From the IMG/VR virus record IMGVR_UViG_3300005323_000039, positions 1-64,000 of that record: a stretch of DNA of 64,000 nt; one strand, 5' to 3'. The DNA comes from a virus. Taxonomy: Duplodnaviria > Heunggongvirae > Uroviricota > Caudoviricetes. Shown piece after piece: positions 48,439 to 56,661 of the stretch; within the stretch, counting starts at the first letter, position 1; each line of letters begins with the position of its first letter. The translations under genes were made by a program, and so were the position numbers. A model generated the notes under the pieces. The model ran no database searches, had not been told where the DNA came from, and worked only from the letters and a program-made list of their open reading frames with translations.

Positions 48439-49335
48439 ATGGTCGATATGAATTTTGGTTCGTTCATACCCGAAGAAGTAGTCACTTCTTGGGTTGTTGA
48501 AATTAATGATTATGAGAAGACCTGGAGGAATCTGCAGGTCGCTCGCAAGATCTTTCCATATAGATCCATTGGAGAAACAATGGACTACGACAGCATAACA
48601 AGGTACGACGCTTCCGGTACTATTGCACAAATTATTGCTAAGGGTAGCGTTCCCGAACCGTACACAATGAAGGCTCGTCAATCTAAACACGAGATGCTGT
48701 GTAATGCTGCAGGCTTTACAATTCACGATAGAGATCTGGCAAAGCCTCAAGGCGCACTCCAAAAGAACAAGGAAATTGACGTTGGTCTAGCTTCTATGCA
48801 TGAATTGGAGGATAACCTCGCAATTAATGGGTCTACTTCACTCGGCATAACCGGAATTGTTGGTGCTGCTCGCGCAAACTCTAACGGTAAGATCGCAGCC
48901 TCCGCAGGCACATACAACAACAATGGTGCTTGGGATGGCAACGACGACAACCGTGACATTTACGAAGATGTTCTACTGGCAACCACTCTACAGGACGTTC
49001 GGTTTGCTCCGGCATTTTTGCTAGGAAATAGACTGTCCTTGAGCTATTTGAAAACTAACGACTCTGAAAGACACCCCTTCTACCAACAGATCTCTGGACT
49101 GTTCGGCAAATCTCCCGAAGACATGAGCTGGATGGTCGAATCACCCCAAGTTCCTACAGGCTTCGTATACGTTGTTCCTTATATGCCCAACGCGGGCGAG
49201 TTCGTGGTTTCAACTGAAATTGATATTAAGGAGCCATACAGAGAAAAGGGCGGCAACTGGTGGATCGAGATGAGCGAGTGGTTCTGTCCCGAACTGCACG
49301 AAGTTGACGCGTACGTTGAAATAGCCATAACTTGA
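48439..49335 (+). CDS. major capsid protein candidate
   Basis: 298 aa; strong TATA/AT-rich upstream region; position in morphogenesis cluster; no direct motif evidence. Confidence 0.4.
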   Translation: MVDMNFGSFIPEEVVTSWVVEINDYEKTWRNLQVARKIFPYRSIGETMDYDSITRYDASGTIAQIIAKGSVPEPYTMKARQSKHEMLCNAAGFTIHDRDLAKPQGALQKNKEIDVGLASMHELEDNLAINGSTSLGITGIVGAARANSNGKIAASAGTYNNNGAWDGNDDNRDIYEDVLLATTLQDVRFAPAFLLGNRLSLSYLKTNDSERHPFYQQISGLFGKSPEDMSWMVESPQVPTGFVYVVPYMPNAGEFVVSTEIDIKEPYREKGGNWWIEMSEWFCPELHEVDAYVEIAIT

Positions 49336-49465
49336 ATTAGAGTTAGTCACAAGACAGGCTCACTTCTTTGCGTAACTTTAAGTGTTGCGTAAAGGAAGTG
49401 GGCCATTATTTTTATATTCACAATTTAGATTAAAATTTACTAAATTTTATTGGAGGAATTAATTT

Positions 49466-50659
49466 ATGGGAGCTACTAATAAATTTGGCAAGGTGGCAGG
49501 CAAGACACTAAACGCTAGTGATATTGCAACGAGTGCCGTCACAACAACCGAAATTTTGGACGGTACAGTTGCCGCCACAGACCTTAACACTGCTATATTT
49601 AACAGCGCAACCGAAGCTGTTATTGATGTTGCAAACGACGACATTATCTTTAATGATCATAGTGATTCGCACAAATTCAAGCGAGAAGCTTTCGCCGATG
49701 CTATAACTGCTATAGCAGGTACACAAGCAACATCCGCTCTGACTGCAACCAGTGGAGTCTTGGCAGTCGCTCCAAGCGACAACGCGATTACTATCGGTGC
49801 GGATAGCTTAATTTATGCAACTGCTGCTGGCGTAACTAAAAAAGACCTCGCATCAGATGTTGTTACAGCCATCGCAGGAACGCAGGCTAGCACCGCATTA
49901 ACAGCCGCATCTGGAGTTCTAACGGTTGCACCTGCAGACAATGCCATAACCATTGGCACGGATAGTTTAGTGTATGCGACAGCAGCTGGATTGACTAAAA
50001 AAGATCTGGCTTCGGACGTCGTTACAGCAATTGCCGGTGCTCAAGCAGACACAGCTCTAACTGCTGCAGCAGGTGTCCTGACAGTCGCGCCCGCAGATAA
50101 CGCGATAACTATCGGTACAGATAGTTTAATGTATGTGACTGCGGCAGGCGTACCGAAAAAAGACTTAGCATCTGACGTTGCAACTGCTATGGCTGGGTCT
50201 GGTTTAACCGCGACAGCAGGCGTTCTGAGCGTCAATACAATTGGAATTGCCGCCATGACCGCGGATGATACCGGTTCAATATTCTTTGTTAAAGGCGAGA
50301 TGGACTTCGGCGCGTCTAACGTAATTGATGTCGATTTAGGAGCATTAGGGACTAAGGGCACTCTATTGGGCGGATGGGCTACTGTTTCAGAAGTTCAAGC
50401 TAATGGTGACGCAACAACTGCAATTGCACTACATAAAGCGGCTGCAGGTGCTGCTCCTATATGCGACCCTCTCACAATAACTCTAGCAGATACTGTTGGA
50501 ACCAATCGTTTAGGTGCTGTTCTTGGCATTGTTCCTGTAGCTGCTGGTGTAGATGTTCTTTCCACTGAACACATTTACGCATACACTGCGGATGATGTTG
50601 CGGGTACAAGGTCCGCTGGAAAACTCTACTTTGTATTGCTCTTCCAAAAATCAGCTTAG
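49466..50659 (+). CDS. Ala/Thr-rich structural protein with three and a half 53-aa tandem repeats
   Basis: Repeats TAIAGTQA..LTA.SGVL.VAP.DNAITIG.DSL.YATAAG..KKDLASDVV at residues 81,134,187,240; followed by hairpin + T10. Confidence 0.5.
   Translation: MGATNKFGKVAGKTLNASDIATSAVTTTEILDGTVAATDLNTAIFNSATEAVIDVANDDIIFNDHSDSHKFKREAFADAITAIAGTQATSALTATSGVLAVAPSDNAITIGADSLIYATAAGVTKKDLASDVVTAIAGTQASTALTAASGVLTVAPADNAITIGTDSLVYATAAGLTKKDLASDVVTAIAGAQADTALTAAAGVLTVAPADNAITIGTDSLMYVTAAGVPKKDLASDVATAMAGSGLTATAGVLSVNTIGIAAMTADDTGSIFFVKGEMDFGASNVIDVDLGALGTKGTLLGGWATVSEVQANGDATTAIALHKAAAGAAPICDPLTITLADTVGTNRLGAVLGIVPVAAGVDVLSTEHIYAYTADDVAGTRSAGKLYFVLLFQKSA
49706..50251 (+). repeat. in-frame tandem DNA repeat, period 159 bp, about 3.4 copies
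   Basis: Direct reading of near-identical nucleotide blocks. Confidence 0.8.
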
Positions 50660-50660
50660 G

Positions 50661-50690
50661 CGACAATTGAATGTCGTCTGTTTTTTTTTT
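50661..50690 (+). terminator. hairpin (CGACA-ATTGAA-TGTCG) followed by T10 run
   Basis: Immediately after stop of 49466..50659. Confidence 0.4.
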
Positions 50691-50710
50691 CATTTTAGGA
50701 GTCGATCCAA

Positions 50711-51133
50711 ATGAGAGTTTATGATGCGTACCGACGCAACATCATTACGCAAGGGCAATATGCTGCCATAATTGAAGCTGGCTTCACTGACAGCGATACA
50801 TATTATTCGGCAATGCTCGCACCCACCTCCGACGATCCAGCCAATGTTACAGGCACAACAACAAACACTTCAACAACAGTTATTGCAAGTGACACCCATG
50901 AGAGTACAGTTCAGACTGTTGTTGTAGAAAATACAGGCGACACCAACACTCTATCCTACACGATTCAATTTTATGCTGCAGACTTACTCTACAATACAAT
51001 TACAGGAACGGTCACTCCCTCAGATGTATTCATGATGCGCACAAGGGATGCTGTGACTCTAATTGCTCTAAAGGTCGCAAGCACATCTGCAGGAAATCAT
51101 ACTACTTATGAGGCGGCTATCGTGGCCGCATGA
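50711..51133 (+). CDS. small structural protein, member of ENTG-motif paralogue family
   Basis: VVVENTGDTNTLSYTIQFYAA resembles motif in 51168, 54644, 55043 ORFs. Confidence 0.4.
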   Translation: MRVYDAYRRNIITQGQYAAIIEAGFTDSDTYYSAMLAPTSDDPANVTGTTTNTSTTVIASDTHESTVQTVVVENTGDTNTLSYTIQFYAADLLYNTITGTVTPSDVFMMRTRDAVTLIALKVASTSAGNHTTYEAAIVAA

Positions 51134-51167
51134 ATGAATTTTGAATAAATTTTTGGAGAAATTTTAA

Positions 51168-51518
51168 ATGACATACCAATTGAATCCAACACCAGGAGTA
51201 TCCAATACAACGACCGGAACTACTGCCGACGCATACGCTGTTGCCCTGACACTTCCCTGCCTCGGATACTCACAAAAAATGATTATATTGAAGAATACGC
51301 ATGCGACCAGAGGACTCACGTTCAAGCTGGATGGTTATGCACATGCGGGTGGCCTCGCGAACAATATCCTGATCGATGTCGCCTTGGTGGCCCTCGACAC
51401 TTATGTGATTGAGATTACAAAGCCCTATGCTTCGCTCGTATTGAGCGTGAAGTCCACGGTGGCGTCAACTCCCGCGACATATACTATCGACCACGAAATG
51501 AATTCTGGAGGCCAATAG
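51168..51518 (+). CDS. small structural protein, paralogue family
   Basis: KMIILKNTHATRGLTFKL similar to KTILVENTHATYDMNVKV (54644 ORF). Confidence 0.4.
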   Translation: MTYQLNPTPGVSNTTTGTTADAYAVALTLPCLGYSQKMIILKNTHATRGLTFKLDGYAHAGGLANNILIDVALVALDTYVIEITKPYASLVLSVKSTVASTPATYTIDHEMNSGGQ

Positions 51519-51521
51519 GAA

Positions 51522-51917
51522 ATGACAATCACGACATATAGTGATAGAACAGCACCAACCACCCTGCCTTTGCCCACAGGTGCATCCACCTCAGCAAACC
51601 AGCAGCCACCCGCTACAACTCCTGCAATGGACAGCATAACCATTGTTGCCGCAAATACCGAGTACAGCAAGGCACTTCCTGCAAACTGCAAAGCCTTCTG
51701 TTTTCAAACAGTAGCAGCCGATAAGCTAACAGCAGGCGCTGATATCAGGTACGCCTTCGCTACTGGGAAAGTGAACTCCCTGACATTGCCCTTCCAGATA
51801 CTCGTCGGTGGAGCAGTCTATTCAAAAGAGTCCCTGAACCTGACATCTAAAACGATATATGTAGCGGGCGGAGCCGATGCTGTTGGGAATATTGTTCTTC
51901 TTGAGTGGTGGACATAA
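51522..51917 (+). CDS. stand-alone homologue of the C-terminal domain of the repeat-containing fibre protein (55489..56661)
   Basis: EYSKALPANCKAF..YAFATGKV...NLTSKTIYVAGGADAVGNIVLLEWW aligns with EYSYSIPSNCKSV..FAFTTGKV...NLSSKTVYFASDNAGDIVEILAWS. Confidence 0.45.
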   Translation: MTITTYSDRTAPTTLPLPTGASTSANQQPPATTPAMDSITIVAANTEYSKALPANCKAFCFQTVAADKLTAGADIRYAFATGKVNSLTLPFQILVGGAVYSKESLNLTSKTIYVAGGADAVGNIVLLEWWT

Positions 51918-53431
51918 TGCCCGCTGGTACAAAGCCGTACACATCCAAGGATTTTGCCAAGGATAATCCCAATCACTACACAAGAAAAGATTGGAATTGG
52001 ATGATCTATGACATCGATTCGATATCACATCGGAGGACACTAAAAAGCCCCGAATATATCACTGTCGAAATAGGCGGAGACACGTATAGACTCAGGACTC
52101 AGCAGCTAATAGATTTTGACACAGATTCCGTCTGGGATACGGTTGTAGGTACTGATTACTCAGATCTTACTGTTAGGGCTGGCAAGGACGTCTATTTCTA
52201 CATGTGTCAGCCAGGATACGGGAAAATCCCCGAAATCATAATGTCCGGGGCCTCTACATGGCCCTCTGGTTATGATGCCGACAGCTCACGAAAAATAGGC
52301 GGGCTTCATTGCATGCCAGGCGCTTGTGTCAACCTCCCGGTAGGCCATCCGTACAAGGACTTCGATCAAGGTGCGTTGCATTTCAATTCGATTTGGGATC
52401 TCAACGATGGGCCACGGTGCTCTCCAGAAGGCATGGCGAAGATCAGCCTGACGCCCTCGGACGGCAGGCCCGCTCTTTGGGTAGACATCTACCTCTTCAA
52501 CGGCGTTGGTACCACCCTCACATCGGTTTTCGGTGCAACAATCAAGGATACGATTGATTGGATGACATTTGTCGATTATGCCGGGGCAGCGAAGAAGACT
52601 CTGCTCACAGACGCGGAGTTCCAACTCGCGGCCGCTGGCAGTAACGAAGAGACGCACATAAGCACGGGGCTAGATCCAGTAACCGTGACTTTCCCCGTGG
52701 ATACGGCGGGCCGCTCCATGATTTCAAATTATGGCGTCATCGGCATGTGCGGCATAATGTACCAGTGGATTTTAGATGGTCTCGGAAAAGTGGAACCAGA
52801 TGGCACGGTCACCGCCGCATCGAAAACAGCCACGGCGTACCATGCCGCGAGCCCCGGTGGTAACCCCATCTATGTAAAATATGCTGAAAATGGTGAGCCG
52901 TATTTATGTTGTAACATGGCCATAGATACTGCTGATAAATGGCTCACATTTGGAACTGATTACAGAGTGTTGATAAAACATGATGCTGATGCAGCAACTG
53001 GATCTACTCAGCTATATCTCGACGAGGATGCAACCCAACCATCCCGGCCGCTATCGGCCTTAGCGCGGGGAAAAGATGCGTATGTTGCTACGAATAATCC
53101 TTTCTATGTATTGAAGATAACATACAATGCCGCACCAGCAACACCCGGAGTCGCCATCACGTTCGATGATGGCTCAGATGAGAGACTAGAATTCACATCC
53201 CCAACTTCTGTAAATGGTACAATCGATTTGGCGCAGCTATATCCGAACTACAACGCATACGACTACAGCACAAAGGGATCATATACGAGGTACGGCGGGA
53301 GCTATGATGTCAAGCAGATAGCAGGAGGCCACTTCCAGGCCGGGGTCGGCGCGGGATCTAGATGCAGATTTGCGTTATATCCCCGGTGGATTACGCAATC
53401 ATTCATCGGAGCACGGGGGTGTTCGAATTAG
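51905..53431 (+). CDS. tail fibre/tail structural protein candidate
   Basis: 508 aa, Gly/Thr/Ala-rich; GC-elevated block; overlaps next ORF by 62 nt. Confidence 0.4.
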   Translation: MVDIMPAGTKPYTSKDFAKDNPNHYTRKDWNWMIYDIDSISHRRTLKSPEYITVEIGGDTYRLRTQQLIDFDTDSVWDTVVGTDYSDLTVRAGKDVYFYMCQPGYGKIPEIIMSGASTWPSGYDADSSRKIGGLHCMPGACVNLPVGHPYKDFDQGALHFNSIWDLNDGPRCSPEGMAKISLTPSDGRPALWVDIYLFNGVGTTLTSVFGATIKDTIDWMTFVDYAGAAKKTLLTDAEFQLAAAGSNEETHISTGLDPVTVTFPVDTAGRSMISNYGVIGMCGIMYQWILDGLGKVEPDGTVTAASKTATAYHAASPGGNPIYVKYAENGEPYLCCNMAIDTADKWLTFGTDYRVLIKHDADAATGSTQLYLDEDATQPSRPLSALARGKDAYVATNNPFYVLKITYNAAPATPGVAITFDDGSDERLEFTSPTSVNGTIDLAQLYPNYNAYDYSTKGSYTRYGGSYDVKQIAGGHFQAGVGAGSRCRFALYPRWITQSFIGARGCSN

Positions 53432-54194
53432 GGGTAGCCCTCAACATTTCAACTCGTATATAGATCTAGTGAATGCTGATGCTGTATATCCGGGCGGTGT
53501 AAGAAAATATATCACAGATGTTCTATACTACGACGAAGCCGAACTCGCCCGACTGGGCGCGCCAGTGGACTTCATATCAAATTTTGGCACTAGCCTCAAT
53601 CTCGTATTCGAGGGCGATAGCCTGACTGCGGCACTGAGTTCGTCCTATCCCGAATATCTAAGACAGCTTTTGGCAGGATCTTACGTCACAAAAGTGTCAA
53701 ATCTAGGCCAGGGCGGCGAAGGTATATCACAAATATTAGATTCCGCAGAAACCAATGCTATAGACGCTTGTATTGATAGTAGATTCACAAAGAATATTGC
53801 AGTTCTCTGGATAGGAACAAATAGCTTACCCGGAACTGATGTTGAGACAGAGATAGCCGCACTGTTGGCTGGAACTGATACATGGTGCAGTGGCCGCCTA
53901 GCCGCAGGTTTTGATCATTGCGTTGTGCTGTCACTCACTCCCTCTGCTAATCTCGCGCAGGGGGCGAACCACGAAGAGGCACGCCTAGCATACAATGTAT
54001 TACTCAGATCAAATTATACAGAGTTTGCTGATGCTCTCGTGGATATAGGAGCTGATCCTATCATGGGCGACTATGCGCAGGCAAATTCCGGGCCGAATTT
54101 CTACTACGACTCCTCGAAAGTGCATCATTCCCGAGGAGGATGGGAAATAATCGCCTCGTTGGTAAATACTGCAATTTTGGAATTGGCGGCATAG
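53370..54194 (+). CDS. SGNH/GDSL-family hydrolase (esterase) candidate
   Basis: LVFEGDSLTAA GDS(L) block I motif near N-terminus of conserved part; real start may be GTG at 53468. Confidence 0.45.
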   Translation: MRYIPGGLRNHSSEHGGVRIRGSPQHFNSYIDLVNADAVYPGGVRKYITDVLYYDEAELARLGAPVDFISNFGTSLNLVFEGDSLTAALSSSYPEYLRQLLAGSYVTKVSNLGQGGEGISQILDSAETNAIDACIDSRFTKNIAVLWIGTNSLPGTDVETEIAALLAGTDTWCSGRLAAGFDHCVVLSLTPSANLAQGANHEEARLAYNVLLRSNYTEFADALVDIGADPIMGDYAQANSGPNFYYDSSKVHHSRGGWEIIASLVNTAILELAA

Positions 54195-54206
54195 CCACAA
54201 ATCTAC

Positions 54207-54353
54207 ATGACAGATACCAAGTCATACATAGAGACAGATGCCGAACTCGAAACCCTTATCGGCGCAGGCAACCGCTACCTGAATATGCGCATCAAGGACG
54301 CGGCTGCTACTGGAATGGTAGCGACTCATGTTGCTACGGTGATGGGACTCTGA
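54207..54353 (+). CDS. small hypothetical protein (48 aa)
   Basis: Manually found ORF in 450-bp gap; followed by GGAGAA/TTCTCC hairpin. Confidence 0.2.
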   Translation: MTDTKSYIETDAELETLIGAGNRYLNMRIKDAAATGMVATHVATVMGL

Positions 54354-54643
54354 GGACAAAAGGAGAACCCCCATTCTCCTAACTCCTTTCGTCTATAGTA
54401 TATAGGAATACGCCCTATCTATACCATATACCCATGGGGATGTAACCGGAAACATTCCTCATAATGACTTTTAGCCTGCTAGAATGCGATAATTTCCCGA
54501 TTGTAAGTATCCAATGATAGAAATTAACAATTCAAATCAGCCTCCCGCGGCCTGTTTAAAGTGCTTTTGTAGAAACGCTTGCGGCATAACGAAATGCGAG
54601 AAAGCGACCAAGGAAACACTACAGGATTCGCCATAAATTCTCT

Positions 54644-55033
54644 TTGGAAAAATTACGCTCACCTCATATATTGATAACAATGACTGCAAACGAAACATCG
54701 AATACAAACCTCGCTGATGGATGGTGTGACTTCATTACAGGCACATGCAGTGACGCCTATTCAATTTTGATCGAATGGAACTCCCTAGGCTACAACAAGA
54801 AAACAATACTTGTAGAGAACACTCACGCAACGTACGACATGAACGTTAAAGTCCTATGTTATACGTACGACAATCAAACTCCATACGAACAAGTACCAGA
54901 AATGACACTCACTTCTGGAGATATTTTAAGAGTTACCCTGAATAAAGCTTGGTCGCAGGTAGTTGTATGGGGCAAGAATAGAGTTGCTGGCCAGAACTGT
55001 ACTTGGAATCTAGATTTTACAGGTCACAGGTAG
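54644..55033 (+). CDS. small structural protein, paralogue family
   Basis: ENTHAT motif; paralogous to 55043 and 51168 ORFs. Confidence 0.4.
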   Translation: MEKLRSPHILITMTANETSNTNLADGWCDFITGTCSDAYSILIEWNSLGYNKKTILVENTHATYDMNVKVLCYTYDNQTPYEQVPEMTLTSGDILRVTLNKAWSQVVVWGKNRVAGQNCTWNLDFTGHR

Positions 55034-55042
55034 CGTGATAGC

Positions 55043-55507
55043 ATGGTTTTAATGAGTATAAGGAATGCGTTCAGGAGAGGCTTTATTTCCGAAGCTACGT
55101 ACCTTGTGAAACTTGCGGAAGCTGCTGGAGATGACGAAATTCCAATAGTTGTAACCGTTCCAACGGCAATCTTCACGCAAACTCCACCTAATGGTTTTTC
55201 TGATTATGCTACAGGCACAACAACAAGCAACTATATGGCGGGAATGACTTGGAACTGCTCCGGATATGATCAAAAATCCATTACAATAGAGAATACAGGT
55301 GGAGCGAATTCACTAACTGTATATGGTGCGCTCCGAGCGTATCCAGCAGGCATATCATATACTGAACCTGACGCAACTGTTCTCACTCCCGGAGACATTC
55401 TAACAATTGAACTGAATTTTGCATACGCTGAAATCTCCACGATGATTAAATCGACAACTCCAAACTTCCATACAACTTATAAAATTTCTTGGGCAGGTGC
55501 TCTATGA
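55043..55507 (+). CDS. small structural protein, paralogue family
   Basis: KSITIENTGGANSLTVYGA motif. Confidence 0.4.
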   Translation: MVLMSIRNAFRRGFISEATYLVKLAEAAGDDEIPIVVTVPTAIFTQTPPNGFSDYATGTTTSNYMAGMTWNCSGYDQKSITIENTGGANSLTVYGALRAYPAGISYTEPDATVLTPGDILTIELNFAYAEISTMIKSTTPNFHTTYKISWAGAL

Positions 55508-56661
55508 CACAGTACTCTTACACAGATGTTACAGTCACAATTGATCATATAACAGGTGCATTGCCAGCAGGCACCAATTTAATTGGCAAAGTTGGCATAG
55601 ATCAGGTTACAGCGAACGCAAATGAAATTGTCATAAAAAGTATAACGGCTGGCCCTCTACCAGACACGTCCGGAGGAGATCTTGCCAGCATTGAATCTTC
55701 TGCTGCTGATATTAAGACTGCAATCGAGATCCTAGACAACGTAGTAAGTGGATCCGAAGCGCAGGTAGACATTGTAACGTTGCCCGCGGGTCATTTAGGC
55801 CAACAACTGGCTGCAGGCTCTCTATCAGTTGTACCAGGAACAAACATAGCGGATGCAACCTATATCGGGGACATTAAGTTCGGCGAGGCTCTTCCGGCTG
55901 GTACGGCACTCCTGGGTAAAGTCGGAATCGATCAGACGACACCCGGAACCACGAACCTCGTGAATGTGAATGGCGGTGCGAGTCAGACCAGTGACATTAA
56001 AGTTACCTTGGACTCCGAGAAAGTTGTAATCGCATCCATTGATGGCGGTGACACGAACATCGGAAACGTTGACATCGTGACATTGCCTGCGGGAAACCTT
56101 GGCCAACAGCTAAGTGCTGCGTCACTTTCCGTTACACCTGCTACGAACGTGGCAGATGCTACTTACATTGGAGATGTAAAGTTTGGTGAAAGCTTACCAG
56201 TGGGCAGCGCAATTGTAGGCCAAGTTGGTATCGATCAAACAACCGATGGAACCACGAACAAGGTCCAGGCTCGTAACGCAACGCATGATAACTTCCAGGC
56301 CAACGCAAACCTCCAGGTTGGAGACGCTGACGTCGCTGCAGGAAATCCCGTACCTGTTACGACAGCAGGAAGTATGGCATCAACTATTGGTGAGCAAAAT
56401 GTCACTCTAACTGTAATTGATACTGAATACTCGTATAGTATTCCATCCAATTGCAAAAGCGTTGAATTTTGGTCGCGTAATGGCTATCCGGTTAGATTTG
56501 CGTTCACGACTGGAAAGGTTGCAACACCAACTGGCGTTTACTTCACCCTGAAGTCAAATTGCAGCTATGCAAGCCCGCCATCATTGAATCTGAGTTCGAA
56601 GACTGTCTATTTCGCCTCTGATAATGCTGGTGACATCGTGGAAATTCTGGCTTGGAGCTGA
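55489..56661 (+). CDS. tail fibre protein with internal 101-aa repeats and shared C-terminal domain
   Basis: Two copies DIVTLPAG.LGQQL.A.SLSV.P.TN.ADATYIGD.KFGE.LP.G.A..G.VGIDQTT.GTTN; C-terminus homologous to 51522..51917. Confidence 0.5.
   Translation: MGRCSMTQYSYTDVTVTIDHITGALPAGTNLIGKVGIDQVTANANEIVIKSITAGPLPDTSGGDLASIESSAADIKTAIEILDNVVSGSEAQVDIVTLPAGHLGQQLAAGSLSVVPGTNIADATYIGDIKFGEALPAGTALLGKVGIDQTTPGTTNLVNVNGGASQTSDIKVTLDSEKVVIASIDGGDTNIGNVDIVTLPAGNLGQQLSAASLSVTPATNVADATYIGDVKFGESLPVGSAIVGQVGIDQTTDGTTNKVQARNATHDNFQANANLQVGDADVAAGNPVPVTTAGSMASTIGEQNVTLTVIDTEYSYSIPSNCKSVEFWSRNGYPVRFAFTTGKVATPTGVYFTLKSNCSYASPPSLNLSSKTVYFASDNAGDIVEILAWS
55768..56259 (+). repeat. in-frame tandem repeat, period about 303 bp, 2 copies (plus partial N-terminal copy)
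   Basis: Direct reading. Confidence 0.6.

Noticed and set aside
49706-50251. Regularly spaced direct repeats that could be mistaken for a CRISPR array
   Set aside because: Repeat units are 159 bp with no unique spacers, lie entirely inside one long ORF in frame, and translate to a coherent repeated peptide. This is a coding tandem repeat, not CRISPR. No CRISPR array or cas genes seen anywhere in the window.
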